Assembly: GCF_000497125.1 (NCBI RefSeq)
Contig: NC_090604.1
Span: 206,651-270,650 of the forward strand
Reading direction: 5' to 3'
Origin: Spironucleus salmonicida
Lineage: Eukaryota
DNA: 64,000 bases
How positions within the stretch are numbered: position 1 is the first letter of the stretch; every line of letters starts with the position of its first letter. Shown one piece after another: positions 21,042-32,818 of this stretch. Under the pieces are notes generated by a model that saw only the letters and a list, made by a program, of their open reading frames with translations, did no database searches and was not told the DNA's origin. A program made the translations under genes and the position numbers.

Positions 21042-22268
21042 TCAGATCTCATTCCTCTGCACGAGGGGGAGCTCGGTGTGCATTCTCTGCTTCCTGCTGC
21101 GCACGGCGAAGGCCACGACACCGATGACCGCGGTCAGGGCGACGACACCGCCGAGGACGGCACCGATGGTGGCGGCCTGGGAGGCTCTGTTGGCGGGCGC
21201 GACGCACTGGTGGGCCTGGAAGAGGTAGCCGGGTCTGCACGCGGCGCAGTAGCGCTCGTCGCAGGACAGGCACCCCTCGGGGCAGGCGGCGCACTGGCCG
21301 GTGGTGGTCTGGCGGAAGCCGACCTCGCACTCGCTGCAGGAGTCGCCGCTCTGGACCTTGCAGTTGGCGATGCCGCCGGGGACGACTGGTGGAGGCGTGG
21401 GAGGGTTCACCGAGCCGCAGGAGCTGGCGTCGGCACAGACCCCGGCTGGGGTGAGGTAGAAGCCGAGCCCGCAACCGAGGCACTCGGAGGTGCTGCAGAT
21501 GGCGCAGCCCTCGGCGCAGGGGACGCAGAGCCCGTTGGTGAGGGCGTGACCGGGGTGGCACACGAGGCAGCCGTCGGCGCCCTCGATCTGACAGGAGTTG
21601 GGCTTGGGCACGCATACGTTGTCCTGGACGGCGAGGCCTTCCTTGCACACGACGCACTTTTCTTCGTACTGGAAGTCGCAGTTGGCGACGGCGGCGAAGC
21701 AGTTGCCGCCCTGCTGGACGAAGCCTGGGATGCAAGTGGTGCAGCCGGAGGCATCGGAGGATGCGCAGAGGGAAGGGTTGGTGACGCAGGTGTTGTTCAT
21801 GACGGCGAAGCCCTCGCGGCAGTTGACACACTTCTCCTCGTACTGGAAGTCGCAGTTCTTCACGCCGGCGAAGCAGTTGCCGTTGGTGTTGGAGTAGCCA
21901 GGCTTGCAGCTGATGCAGCCCTCGGGGGTGTTGGTCTCGCAGAAGGCGGGGTTGGTGACGCACTTGTTGCCGGCGTTGGCCATGCCGTCCTTGCACACGA
22001 CGCACTTCTCCTCGTACTGGAACTCGCAGTTGGCGACAGCCGCGAAGCAGTTGCCGTCCTGTTCGACGTGGCCGGGCTTGCAGGTGGCGCAGCCGTCGAT
22101 GCCCTGAACGGAGCAGAGGGCGGGGTTGGTGACGCACTTGTTGTCGGCGACGGCGAAGCCCTCGCGGCAGTTGACGCAGGTGGCCTCGTACTGGAACTCG
22201 CAGTTCTTGATGTTGGGGATGCAGGTGTTGTTCTCACGGTGGGTGTTGGTCGGGCAGGTCGCGCTCAT
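21042..22268 (-). CDS. CRMP array copy 11 (408 aa)
   Basis: Intact near-identical copy. Confidence 0.92.
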   Translation of the reverse strand: MSATCPTNTHRENNTCIPNIKNCEFQYEATCVNCREGFAVADNKCVTNPALCSVQGIDGCATCKPGHVEQDGNCFAAVANCEFQYEEKCVVCKDGMANAGNKCVTNPAFCETNTPEGCISCKPGYSNTNGNCFAGVKNCDFQYEEKCVNCREGFAVMNNTCVTNPSLCASSDASGCTTCIPGFVQQGGNCFAAVANCDFQYEEKCVVCKEGLAVQDNVCVPKPNSCQIEGADGCLVCHPGHALTNGLCVPCAEGCAICSTSECLGCGLGFYLTPAGVCADASSCGSVNPPTPPPVVPGGIANCKVQSGDSCSECEVGFRQTTTGQCAACPEGCLSCDERYCAACRPGYLFQAHQCVAPANRASQAATIGAVLGGVVALTAVIGVVAFAVRSRKQRMHTELPLVQRNEI

Positions 22269-22454
22269 TGGTAGTGGAGTGGGCGGGTCGGATCGGGGGT
22301 ATAATACGGTATTAGGCCGATAATCTATTTCGGGCCGAGTTAGAATAGGTGGAGCGGAGTTGGATTGCCTTGGGTATCCGCGCCATCGTGCAGAATACCC
22401 GGCCGGGTGGAAGGGCGGACCCATCCCGAGGCGGGCGGTGCGCGAGAAAGATAA

Positions 22455-22572
22455 AATTCGGCACAGCTCTTTCCCTCGTAGTCTCCCAGCGAAGTACTCA
22501 ATACTGCCAGGTCAGGCTTCACTTCACAATTTGGAACAAGATGTGGTGTTTAACTGACTGTATGACCGAATC
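22455..22572 (-). rRNA. 5S: 5S rRNA
   Basis: Identical array copy. Confidence 0.92.
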
Positions 22573-23003
22573 GAGAGTACTGGGACGGCCGGAAAGAAGG
22601 GGCGCCTCGCGCTGTTACTTTGCGACGCTTCCCGTGAGGCGCTAGCTCGAAGTGGGCCACGAGATGCTTCAGCTACCGCCCTGGGAAGCCAAGGTGAAAG
22701 TGCGTGGCTAAAGTTGGGACGTACCAAGCCACTACGAAGTGGGAGTGAGACAGCATACTTAGGGGAGGCGCTGTGAAGGCAGATGACGGAGAAGTGACGG
22801 CTGCCCTTTCTAGCGTTTGGTTAGCTTGGGTGCATAGCCTCTGCTGGTAGATTTTGTTATAGGTGCAGTTAGTAAAAGCTAATGCTAGGGCTAGGCAATT
22901 AATAGAATAAATACTGCCGAAACGTATAAATAAATCATTAGCATAGCTTATCAGCCAGCTAGAGTGGAGGGACGTGAGGGCGCTATAAATCAAGTAGGGT
23001 CAC

Positions 23004-24230
23004 TCAGATCTCATTCCTCTGCACGAGGGGGAGCTCGGTGTGCATTCTCTGCTTCCTGCTGCGCACGGCGAAGGCCACGACACCGATGACCGCGGTCAGG
23101 GCGACGACACCGCCGAGGACGGCACCGATGGTGGCGGCCTGGGAGGCTCTGTTGGCGGGCGCGACGCACTGGTGGGCCTGGAAGAGGTAGCCGGGTCTGC
23201 ACGCGGCGCAGTAGCGCTCGTCGCAGGACAGGCACCCCTCGGGGCAGGCGGCGCACTGGCCGGTGGTGGTCTGGCGGAAGCCGACCTCGCACTCGCTGCA
23301 GGAGTCGCCGCTCTGGACCTTGCAGTTGGCGATGCCGCCGGGGACGACTGGTGGAGGCGTGGGAGGGTTCACCGAGCCGCAGGAGCTGGCGTCGGCACAG
23401 ACCCCGGCTGGGGTGAGGTAGAAGCCGAGCCCGCAACCGAGGCACTCGGAGGTGCTGCAGATGGCGCAGCCCTCGGCGCAGGGGACGCAGAGCCCGTTGG
23501 TGAGGGCGTGACCGGGGTGGCACACGAGGCAGCCGTCGGCGCCCTCGATCTGACAGGAGTTGGGCTTGGGCACGCATACGTTGTCCTGGACGGCGAGGCC
23601 TTCCTTGCACACGACGCACTTTTCTTCGTACTGGAAGTCGCAGTTGGCGACGGCGGCGAAGCAGTTGCCGCCCTGCTGGACGAAGCCTGGGATGCAAGTG
23701 GTGCAGCCGGAGGCATCGGAGGATGCGCAGAGGGAAGGGTTGGTGACGCAGGTGTTGTTCATGACGGCGAAGCCCTCGCGGCAGTTGACACACTTCTCCT
23801 CGTACTGGAAGTCGCAGTTCTTCACGCCGGCGAAGCAGTTGCCGTTGGTGTTGGAGTAGCCAGGCTTGCAGCTGATGCAGCCCTCGGGGGTGTTGGTCTC
23901 GCAGAAGGCGGGGTTGGTGACGCACTTGTTGCCGGCGTTGGCCATGCCGTCCTTGCACACGACGCACTTCTCCTCGTACTGGAACTCGCAGTTGGCGACA
24001 GCCGCGAAGCAGTTGCCGTCCTGTTCGACGTGGCCGGGCTTGCAGGTGGCGCAGCCGTCGATGCCCTGAACGGAGCAGAGGGCGGGGTTGGTGACGCACT
24101 TGTTGTCGGCGACGGCGAAGCCCTCGCGGCAGTTGACGCAGGTGGCCTCGTACTGGAACTCGCAGTTCTTGATGTTGGGGATGCAGGTGTTGTTCTCACG
24201 GTGGGTGTTGGTCGGGCAGGTCGCGCTCAT
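23004..24230 (-). CDS. CRMP array copy 12 (408 aa)
   Basis: Intact near-identical copy. Confidence 0.92.
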   Translation of the reverse strand: MSATCPTNTHRENNTCIPNIKNCEFQYEATCVNCREGFAVADNKCVTNPALCSVQGIDGCATCKPGHVEQDGNCFAAVANCEFQYEEKCVVCKDGMANAGNKCVTNPAFCETNTPEGCISCKPGYSNTNGNCFAGVKNCDFQYEEKCVNCREGFAVMNNTCVTNPSLCASSDASGCTTCIPGFVQQGGNCFAAVANCDFQYEEKCVVCKEGLAVQDNVCVPKPNSCQIEGADGCLVCHPGHALTNGLCVPCAEGCAICSTSECLGCGLGFYLTPAGVCADASSCGSVNPPTPPPVVPGGIANCKVQSGDSCSECEVGFRQTTTGQCAACPEGCLSCDERYCAACRPGYLFQAHQCVAPANRASQAATIGAVLGGVVALTAVIGVVAFAVRSRKQRMHTELPLVQRNEI

Positions 24231-24416
24231 TGGTAGTGGAGTGGGCGGGTCGGATCGGGGGTATAATACGGTATTAGGCCGATAATCTATTTCGGGCCGA
24301 GTTAGAATAGGTGGAGCGGAGTTGGATTGCCTTGGGTATCCGCGCCATCGTGCAGAATACCCGGCCGGGTGGAAGGGCGGACCCATCCCGAGGCGGGCGG
24401 TGCGCGAGAAAGATAA

Positions 24417-24534
24417 AATTCGGCACAGCTCTTTCCCTCGTAGTCTCCCAGCGAAGTACTCAATACTGCCAGGTCAGGCTTCACTTCACAATTTGGAACA
24501 AGATGTGGTGTTTAACTGACTGTATGACCGAATC
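24417..24534 (-). rRNA. 5S: 5S rRNA
   Basis: Identical array copy. Confidence 0.92.
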
Positions 24535-24966
24535 GAGAGTACTGGGACGGCCGGAAAGAAGGGGCGCCTCGCGCTGTTACTTTGCGACGCTTCCCGTGAG
24601 GCGCTAGCTCGAAGTGGGCCACGAGATGCTTCAGCTACCGCCCTGGGAAGCCAAGGTGAAAGTGCGTGGCTAAAGGTTGGGACGTACCAAGCCACTACGA
24701 AGTGGGAGTGAGACAGCATACTTAGGGGAGGCGCTGTGAAGGCAGATGACGGAGAAGTGACGGCTGCCCTTTCTAGCGTTTGGTTAGCTTGGGTGCATAG
24801 CCTCTGCTGGTAGATTTTGTTATAGGTGCAGTTAGTAAAAGCTAATGCTAGGGCTAGGCAATTAATAGAATAAATACTGCCGAAACGTATAAATAAATCA
24901 TTAGCATAGCTTATCAGCCAGCTAGAGTGGAGGGACGTGAGGGCGCTATAAATCAAGTAGGGTCAC

Positions 24967-26193
24967 TCAGATCTCATTCCTCTGCACGAGGGGGAGCTCG
25001 GTGTGCATTCTCTGCTTCCTGCTGCGCACGGCGAAGGCCACGACACCGATGACCGCGGTCAGGGCGACGACACCGCCGAGGACGGCACCGATGGTGGCGG
25101 CCTGGGAGGCTCTGTTGGCGGGCGCGACGCACTGGTGGGCCTGGAAGAGGTAGCCGGGTCTGCACGCGGCGCAGTAGCGCTCGTCGCAGGACAGGCACCC
25201 CTCGGGGCAGGCGGCGCACTGGCCGGTGGTGGTCTGGCGGAAGCCGACCTCGCACTCGCTGCAGGAGTCGCCGCTCTGGACCTTGCAGTTGGCGATGCCG
25301 CCGGGGACGACTGGTGGAGGCGTGGGAGGGTTCACCGAGCCGCAGGAGCTGGCGTCGGCACAGACCCCGGCTGGGGTGAGGTAGAAGCCGAGCCCGCAAC
25401 CGAGGCACTCGGAGGTGCTGCAGATGGCGCAGCCCTCGGCGCAGGGGACGCAGAGCCCGTTGGTGAGGGCGTGACCGGGGTGGCACACGAGGCAGCCGTC
25501 GGCGCCCTCGATCTGACAGGAGTTGGGCTTGGGCACGCATACGTTGTCCTGGACGGCGAGGCCTTCCTTGCACACGACGCACTTTTCTTCGTACTGGAAG
25601 TCGCAGTTGGCGACGGCGGCGAAGCAGTTGCCGCCCTGCTGGACGAAGCCTGGGATGCAAGTGGTGCAGCCGGAGGCATCGGAGGATGCGCAGAGGGAAG
25701 GGTTGGTGACGCAGGTGTTGTTCATGACGGCGAAGCCCTCGCGGCAGTTGACACACTTCTCCTCGTACTGGAAGTCGCAGTTCTTCACGCCGGCGAAGCA
25801 GTTGCCGTTGGTGTTGGAGTAGCCAGGCTTGCAGCTGATGCAGCCCTCGGGGGTGTTGGTCTCGCAGAAGGCGGGGTTGGTGACGCACTTGTTGCCGGCG
25901 TTGGCCATGCCGTCCTTGCACACGACGCACTTCTCCTCGTACTGGAACTCGCAGTTGGCGACAGCCGCGAAGCAGTTGCCGTCCTGTTCGACGTGGCCGG
26001 GCTTGCAGGTGGCGCAGCCGTCGATGCCCTGAACGGAGCAGAGGGCGGGGTTGGTGACGCACTTGTTGTCGGCGACGGCGAAGCCCTCGCGGCAGTTGAC
26101 GCAGGTGGCCTCGTACTGGAACTCGCAGTTCTTGATGTTGGGGATGCAGGTGTTGTTCTCGCGGTGGGTGTTGGTCGGGCAGGTCGCGCTCAT
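24967..26193 (-). CDS. CRMP array copy 13 (408 aa)
   Basis: Intact near-identical copy. Confidence 0.92.
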   Translation of the reverse strand: MSATCPTNTHRENNTCIPNIKNCEFQYEATCVNCREGFAVADNKCVTNPALCSVQGIDGCATCKPGHVEQDGNCFAAVANCEFQYEEKCVVCKDGMANAGNKCVTNPAFCETNTPEGCISCKPGYSNTNGNCFAGVKNCDFQYEEKCVNCREGFAVMNNTCVTNPSLCASSDASGCTTCIPGFVQQGGNCFAAVANCDFQYEEKCVVCKEGLAVQDNVCVPKPNSCQIEGADGCLVCHPGHALTNGLCVPCAEGCAICSTSECLGCGLGFYLTPAGVCADASSCGSVNPPTPPPVVPGGIANCKVQSGDSCSECEVGFRQTTTGQCAACPEGCLSCDERYCAACRPGYLFQAHQCVAPANRASQAATIGAVLGGVVALTAVIGVVAFAVRSRKQRMHTELPLVQRNEI

Positions 26194-26379
26194 TGGTAGT
26201 GGAGTGGGCGGGTCGGATCGGGGGTATAATACGGTATTAGGCCGATAATCTATTTCGGGCCGAGTTAGAATAGGTGGAGCGGAGTTGGATTGCCTTGGGT
26301 ATCCGCGCCATCGTGCAGAATACCCGGCCGGGTGGAAGGGCGGACCCATCCCGAGGCGGGCGGTGCGCGAGAAAGATAA

Positions 26380-26497
26380 AATTCGGCACAGCTCTTTCCC
26401 TCGTAGTCTCCCAGCGAAGTACTCAATACTGCCAGGTCAGGCTTCACTTCACAATTTGGAACAAGATGTGGTGTTTAACTGACTGTATGACCGAATC
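26380..26497 (-). rRNA. 5S: 5S rRNA
   Basis: Identical array copy. Confidence 0.92.
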
Positions 26498-26929
26498 GAG
26501 AGTACTGGGACGGCCGGAAAGAAGGGGTGCCTCGCGCTGTTACTTTGCGACGCTTCCCGTGAGGCGCTAGCTCGAAGTGGGCCACGAGATGCTTCAGCTA
26601 CCGCCCTGGGAAGCCAAGGTGAAAGTGCGTGGCTAAAGTTTGGGACGTACCAAGCCACTACGAAGTGGGAGTGAGACAGCATACTTAGGGGAGGCGCTGT
26701 GAAGGCAGATGACGGAGAAGTGACGGCTGCCCTTTCTAGCGTTTGGTTAGCTTGGGTGCATAGCCTCTGCTGGTAGATTTTGTTATAGGTGCAGTTAGTA
26801 AAAGCTAATGCTAGGGCTAGGCAATTAATAGAATAAATACTGCCGAAACGTATAAATAAATCATTAGCATAGCTTATCAGCCAGCTAGAGTGGAGGGACG
26901 TGAGGGCGCTATAAATCAAGTAGGGTCAC

Positions 26930-28156
26930 TCAGATCTCATTCCTCTGCACGAGGGGGAGCTCGGTGTGCATTCTCTGCTTCCTGCTGCGCACGGCGAAGG
27001 CCACGACACCGATGACCGCGGTCAGGGCGACGACACCGCCGAGGACGGCACCGATGGTGGCGGCCTGGGAGGCTCTGTTGGCGGGCGCGACGCACTGGTG
27101 GGCCTGGAAGAGGTAGCCGGGTCTGCACGCGGCGCAGTAGCGCTCGTCGCAGGACAGGCACCCCTCGGGGCAGGCGGCGCACTGGCCGGTGGTGGTCTGG
27201 CGGAAGCCGACCTCGCACTCGCTGCAGGAGTCGCCGCTCTGGACCTTGCAGTTGGCGATGCCGCCGGGGACGACTGGTGGAGGCGTGGGAGGGTTCACCG
27301 AGCCGCAGGAGCTGGCGTCGGCACAGACCCCGGCTGGGGTGAGGTAGAAGCCGAGCCCGCAACCGAGGCACTCGGAGGTGCTGCAGATGGCGCAGCCCTC
27401 GGCGCAGGGGACGCAGAGCCCGTTGGTGAGGGCGTGACCGGGGTGGCACACGAGGCAGCCGTCGGCGCCCTCGATCTGACAGGAGTTGGGCTTGGGCACG
27501 CATACGTTGTCCTGGACGGCGAGGCCTTCCTTGCACACGACGCACTTTTCTTCGTACTGGAAGTCGCAGTTGGCGACGGCGGCGAAGCAGTTGCCGCCCT
27601 GCTGGACGAAGCCTGGGATGCAAGTGGTGCAGCCGGAGGCATCGGAGGATGCGCAGAGGGAAGGGTTGGTGACGCAGGTGTTGTTCATGACGGCGAAGCC
27701 CTCGCGGCAGTTGACACACTTCTCCTCGTACTGGAAGTCGCAGTTCTTCACGCCGGCGAAGCAGTTGCCGTTGGTGTTGGAGTAGCCAGGCTTGCAGCTG
27801 ATGCAGCCCTCGGGGGTGTTGGTCTCGCAGAAGGCGGGGTTGGTGACGCACTTGTTGCCGGCGTTGGCCATGCCGTCCTTGCACACGACGCACTTCTCCT
27901 CGTACTGGAACTCGCAGTTGGCGACAGCCGCGAAGCAGTTGCCGTCCTGTTCGACGTGGCCGGGCTTGCAGGTGGCGCAGCCGTCGATGCCCTGAACGGA
28001 GCAGAGGGCGGGGTTGGTGACGCACTTGTTGTCGGCGACGGCGAAGCCCTCGCGGCAGTTGACGCAGGTGGCCTCGTACTGGAACTCGCAGTTCTTGATG
28101 TTGGGGATGCAGGTGTTGTTCTCGCGGTGGGTGTTGGTCGGGCAGGTCGCGCTCAT
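26930..28156 (-). CDS. CRMP array copy 14 (408 aa)
   Basis: Intact near-identical copy. Confidence 0.92.
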   Translation of the reverse strand: MSATCPTNTHRENNTCIPNIKNCEFQYEATCVNCREGFAVADNKCVTNPALCSVQGIDGCATCKPGHVEQDGNCFAAVANCEFQYEEKCVVCKDGMANAGNKCVTNPAFCETNTPEGCISCKPGYSNTNGNCFAGVKNCDFQYEEKCVNCREGFAVMNNTCVTNPSLCASSDASGCTTCIPGFVQQGGNCFAAVANCDFQYEEKCVVCKEGLAVQDNVCVPKPNSCQIEGADGCLVCHPGHALTNGLCVPCAEGCAICSTSECLGCGLGFYLTPAGVCADASSCGSVNPPTPPPVVPGGIANCKVQSGDSCSECEVGFRQTTTGQCAACPEGCLSCDERYCAACRPGYLFQAHQCVAPANRASQAATIGAVLGGVVALTAVIGVVAFAVRSRKQRMHTELPLVQRNEI

Positions 28157-28342
28157 TGGTAGTGGAGTGGGCGGGTCGGATCGGGGGTATAATACGGTAT
28201 TAGGCCGATAATCTATTTCGGGCCGAGTTAGAATAGGTGGAGCGGAGTTGGATTGCCTTGGGTATCCGCGCCATCGTGCAGAATACCCGGCCGGGTGGAA
28301 GGGCGGACCCATCCCGAGGCGGGCGGTGCGCGAGAAAGATAA

Positions 28343-28460
28343 AATTCGGCACAGCTCTTTCCCTCGTAGTCTCCCAGCGAAGTACTCAATACTGCCAGGT
28401 CAGGCTTCACTTCACAATTTGGAACAAGATGTGGTGTTTAACTGACTGTATGACCGAATC
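28343..28460 (-). rRNA. 5S: 5S rRNA
   Basis: Identical array copy. Confidence 0.92.
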
Positions 28461-28892
28461 GAGAGTACTGGGACGGCCGGAAAGAAGGGGCGCCTCGCGC
28501 TGTTACTTTGCGACGCTTCCCGTGAGGCGCTAGCTCGAAGTGGGCCACGAGATGCTTCAGCTACCGCCCTGGGAAGCCAAGGTGAACGTGCGTGGCTAAA
28601 GGTTGGGACGTACCAAGCCACTACGAAGTGGGAGTGAGACAGCATACTTAGGGGAGGCGCTGTGAAGGCAGATGACGGAGAAGTGACGGCTGCCCTTTCT
28701 AGCGTTTGGTTAGCTTGGGTGCATAGCCTCTGCTGGCAGATTTTGTTATAGGTGCAGTTAGTAAAAGCTAATGCTAGGGCTAGGCAATTAATAGAATAAA
28801 TACTGCCGAAACGTATAAATAAATCATTAGCATAGCTTATCAGCCAGCTAGAGTGGAGGGACGTGAGGGCGCTATAAATCAAGTAGGGTCAC

Positions 28893-30119
28893 TCAGATCT
28901 CATTCCTCTGCACGAGGGGGAGCTCGGTGTGCATTCTCTGCTTCCTGCTGCGCACGGCGAAGGCCACGACACCGATGACCGCGGTCAGGGCGACGACACC
29001 GCCGAGGACGGCACCGATGGTGGCGGCCTGGGAGGCTCTGTTGGCGGGCGCGACGCACTGGTGGGCCTGGAAGAGGTAGCCGGGTCTGCACGCGGCGCAG
29101 TAGCGCTCGTCGCAGGACAGGCACCCCTCGGGGCAGGCGGCGCACTGGCCGGTGGTGGTCTGGCGGAAGCCGACCTCGCACTCGCTGCAGGAGTCGCCGC
29201 TCTGGACCTTGCAGTTGGCGATGCCGCCGGGGACGACTGGTGGAGGCGTGGGAGGGTTCACCGAGCCGCAGGAGCTGGCGTCGGCACAGACCCCGGCTGG
29301 GGTGAGGTAGAAGCCGAGCCCGCAACCGAGGCACTCGGAGGTGCTGCAGATGGCGCAGCCCTCGGCGCAGGGGACGCAGAGCCCGTTGGTGAGGGCGTGA
29401 CCGGGGTGGCACACGAGGCAGCCGTCGGCGCCCTCGATCTGACAGGAGTTGGGCTTGGGCACGCATACGTTGTCCTGGACGGCGAGGCCTTCCTTGCACA
29501 CGACGCACTTTTCTTCGTACTGGAAGTCGCAGTTGGCGACGGCGGCGAAGCAGTTGCCGCCCTGCTGGACGAAGCCTGGGATGCAAGTGGTGCAGCCGGA
29601 GGCATCGGAGGATGCGCAGAGGGAAGGGTTGGTGACGCAGGTGTTGTTCATGACGGCGAAGCCCTCGCGGCAGTTGACACACTTCTCCTCGTACTGGAAG
29701 TCGCAGTTCTTCACGCCGGCGAAGCAGTTGCCGTTGGTGTTGGAGTAGCCAGGCTTGCAGCTGATGCAGCCCTCGGGGGTGTTGGTCTCGCAGAAGGCGG
29801 GGTTGGTGACGCACTTGTTGCCGGCGTTGGCCATGCCGTCCTTGCACACGACGCACTTCTCCTCGTACTGGAACTCGCAGTTGGCGACAGCCGCGAAGCA
29901 GTTGCCGTCCTGTTCGACGTGGCCGGGCTTGCAGGTGGCGCAGCCGTCGATGCCCTGAACGGAGCAGAGGGCGGGGTTGGTGACGCACTTGTTGTCGGCG
30001 ACGGCGAAGCCCTCGCGGCAGTTGACGCAGGTGGCCTCGTACTGGAACTCGCAGTTCTTGATGTTGGGGATGCAGGTGTTGTTCTCGCGGTGGGTGTTGG
30101 TCGGGCAGGTCGCGCTCAT
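28893..30119 (-). CDS. CRMP array copy 15 (408 aa)
   Basis: Intact near-identical copy. Confidence 0.92.
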   Translation of the reverse strand: MSATCPTNTHRENNTCIPNIKNCEFQYEATCVNCREGFAVADNKCVTNPALCSVQGIDGCATCKPGHVEQDGNCFAAVANCEFQYEEKCVVCKDGMANAGNKCVTNPAFCETNTPEGCISCKPGYSNTNGNCFAGVKNCDFQYEEKCVNCREGFAVMNNTCVTNPSLCASSDASGCTTCIPGFVQQGGNCFAAVANCDFQYEEKCVVCKEGLAVQDNVCVPKPNSCQIEGADGCLVCHPGHALTNGLCVPCAEGCAICSTSECLGCGLGFYLTPAGVCADASSCGSVNPPTPPPVVPGGIANCKVQSGDSCSECEVGFRQTTTGQCAACPEGCLSCDERYCAACRPGYLFQAHQCVAPANRASQAATIGAVLGGVVALTAVIGVVAFAVRSRKQRMHTELPLVQRNEI

Positions 30120-30305
30120 TGGTAGTGGAGTGGGCGGGTCGGATCGGGGGTATAATACGGTATTAGGCCGATAATCTATTTCGGGCCGAGTTAGAATAGG
30201 TGGAGCGGAGTTGGATTGCCTTGGGTATCCGCGCCATCGTGCAGAATACCCGGCCGGGTGGAAGGGCGGACCCATCCCGAGGCGGGCGGTGCGCGAGAAA
30301 GATAA

Positions 30306-30423
30306 AATTCGGCACAGCTCTTTCCCTCGTAGTCTCCCAGCGAAGTACTCAATACTGCCAGGTCAGGCTTCACTTCACAATTTGGAACAAGATGTGGTGT
30401 TTAACTGACTGTATGACCGAATC
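30306..30423 (-). rRNA. 5S: 5S rRNA
   Basis: Identical array copy. Confidence 0.92.
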
Positions 30424-30855
30424 GAGAGTACTGGGACGGCCGGAAAGAAGGGGCGCCTCGCGCTGTTACTTTGCGACGCTTCCCGTGAGGCGCTAGCTCG
30501 AAGTGGGCCACGAGATGCTTCAGCTACCGCCCTGGGAAGCCAAGGTGAAAGTGCGTGGCTAAAGGTTGGGACGTACCAAGCCACTACGAAGTGGGAGTGA
30601 GACAGCATACTTAGGGGAGGCGCTGTGAAGGCAGATGACGGAGAAGTGACGGCTGCCCTTTCTAGCGTTTGGTTAGCTTGGGTGCATAGCCTCTGCTGGC
30701 AGATTTTGTTATAGGTGCAGTTAGTAAAAGCTAATGCTAGGGCTAGGCAATTAATAGAATAAATACTGCCGAAACGTATAAATAAATCATTAGCATAGCT
30801 TATCAGCCAGCTAGAGTGGAGGGACGTGAGGGCGCTATAAATCAAGTAGGGTCAC

Positions 30856-32082
30856 TCAGATCTCATTCCTCTGCACGAGGGGGAGCTCGGTGTGCATTCT
30901 CTGCTTCCTGCTGCGCACGGCGAAGGCCACGACACCGATGACCGCGGTCAGGGCGACGACACCGCCGAGGACGGCACCGATGGTGGCGGCCTGGGAGGCT
31001 CTGTTGGCGGGCGCGACGCACTGGTGGGCCTGGAAGAGGTAGCCGGGTCTGCACGCGGCGCAGTAGCGCTCGTCGCAGGACAGGCACCCCTCGGGGCAGG
31101 CGGCGCACTGGCCGGTGGTGGTCTGGCGGAAGCCGACCTCGCACTCGCTGCAGGAGTCGCCGCTCTGGACCTTGCAGTTGGCGATGCCGCCGGGGACGAC
31201 TGGTGGAGGCGTGGGAGGGTTCACCGAGCCGCAGGAGCTGGCGTCGGCACAGACCCCGGCTGGGGTGAGGTAGAAGCCGAGCCCGCAACCGAGGCACTCG
31301 GAGGTGCTGCAGATGGCGCAGCCCTCGGCGCAGGGGACGCAGAGCCCGTTGGTGAGGGCGTGACCGGGGTGGCACACGAGGCAGCCGTCGGCGCCCTCGA
31401 TCTGACAGGAGTTGGGCTTGGGCACGCATACGTTGTCCTGGACGGCGAGGCCTTCCTTGCACACGACGCACTTTTCTTCGTACTGGAAGTCGCAGTTGGC
31501 GACGGCGGCGAAGCAGTTGCCGCCCTGCTGGACGAAGCCTGGGATGCAAGTGGTGCAGCCGGAGGCATCGGAGGATGCGCAGAGGGAAGGGTTGGTGACG
31601 CAGGTGTTGTTCATGACGGCGAAGCCCTCGCGGCAGTTGACACACTTCTCCTCGTACTGGAAGTCGCAGTTCTTCACGCCGGCGAAGCAGTTGCCGTTGG
31701 TGTTGGAGTAGCCAGGCTTGCAGCTGATGCAGCCCTCGGGGGTGTTGGTCTCGCAGAAGGCGGGGTTGGTGACGCACTTGTTGCCGGCGTTGGCCATGCC
31801 GTCCTTGCACACGACGCACTTCTCCTCGTACTGGAACTCGCAGTTGGCGACAGCCGCGAAGCAGTTGCCGTCCTGTTCGACGTGGCCGGGCTTGCAGGTG
31901 GCGCAGCCGTCGATGCCCTGAACGGAGCAGAGGGCGGGGTTGGTGACGCACTTGTTGTCGGCGACGGCGAAGCCCTCGCGGCAGTTGACGCAGGTGGCCT
32001 CGTACTGGAACTCGCAGTTCTTGATGTTGGGGATGCAGGTGTTGTTCTCGCGGTGGGTGTTGGTCGGGCAGGTCGCGCTCAT
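30856..32082 (-). CDS. CRMP array copy 16 (408 aa)
   Basis: Intact near-identical copy. Confidence 0.92.
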   Translation of the reverse strand: MSATCPTNTHRENNTCIPNIKNCEFQYEATCVNCREGFAVADNKCVTNPALCSVQGIDGCATCKPGHVEQDGNCFAAVANCEFQYEEKCVVCKDGMANAGNKCVTNPAFCETNTPEGCISCKPGYSNTNGNCFAGVKNCDFQYEEKCVNCREGFAVMNNTCVTNPSLCASSDASGCTTCIPGFVQQGGNCFAAVANCDFQYEEKCVVCKEGLAVQDNVCVPKPNSCQIEGADGCLVCHPGHALTNGLCVPCAEGCAICSTSECLGCGLGFYLTPAGVCADASSCGSVNPPTPPPVVPGGIANCKVQSGDSCSECEVGFRQTTTGQCAACPEGCLSCDERYCAACRPGYLFQAHQCVAPANRASQAATIGAVLGGVVALTAVIGVVAFAVRSRKQRMHTELPLVQRNEI

Positions 32083-32268
32083 TGGTAGTGGAGTGGGCGG
32101 GTCGGATCGGGGGTATAATACGGTATTAGGCCGATAATCTATTTCGGGCCGAGTTAGAATAGGTGGAGCGGAGTTGGATTGCCTTGGGTATCCGCGCCAT
32201 CGTGCAGAATACCCGGCCGGGTGGAAGGGCGGACCCATCCCGAGGCGGGCGGTGCGCGAGAAAGATAA

Positions 32269-32386
32269 AATTCGGCACAGCTCTTTCCCTCGTAGTCTCC
32301 CAGCGAAGTACTCAATACTGCCAGGTCAGGCTTCACTTCACAATTTGGAACAAGATGTGGTGTTTAACTGACTGTATGACCGAATC
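32269..32386 (-). rRNA. 5S: 5S rRNA
   Basis: Identical array copy. Confidence 0.92.
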
Positions 32387-32818
32387 GAGAGTACTGGGAC
32401 GGCCGGAAAGAAGGGGCGCCTCGCGCTGTTACTTTGCGACGCTTCCCGTGAGGCGCTAGCTCGAAGTGGGCCACGAGATGCTTCAGCTACCGCCCTGGGA
32501 AGCCAAGGTGAAAGTGCGTGGCTAAAGTTTGGGACGTACCAAGCCACTACGAAGTGGGAGTGAGACAGCATACTTAGGGGAGGCGCTGTGAAGGCAGATG
32601 ACGGAGAAGTGACGGCTGCCCTTTCTAGCGTTTGGTTAGCTTGGGTGCATAGCCTCTGCTGGTAGATTTTGTTATAGGTGCAGTTAGTAAAAGCTAATGC
32701 TAGGGCTAGGCAATTAATAGAATAAATACTGCCGAAACGTATAAATAAATCATTAGCATAGCTTATCAGCCAGCTAGAGTGGAGGGACGTGAGGGCGCTA
32801 TAAATCAAGTAGGGTCAC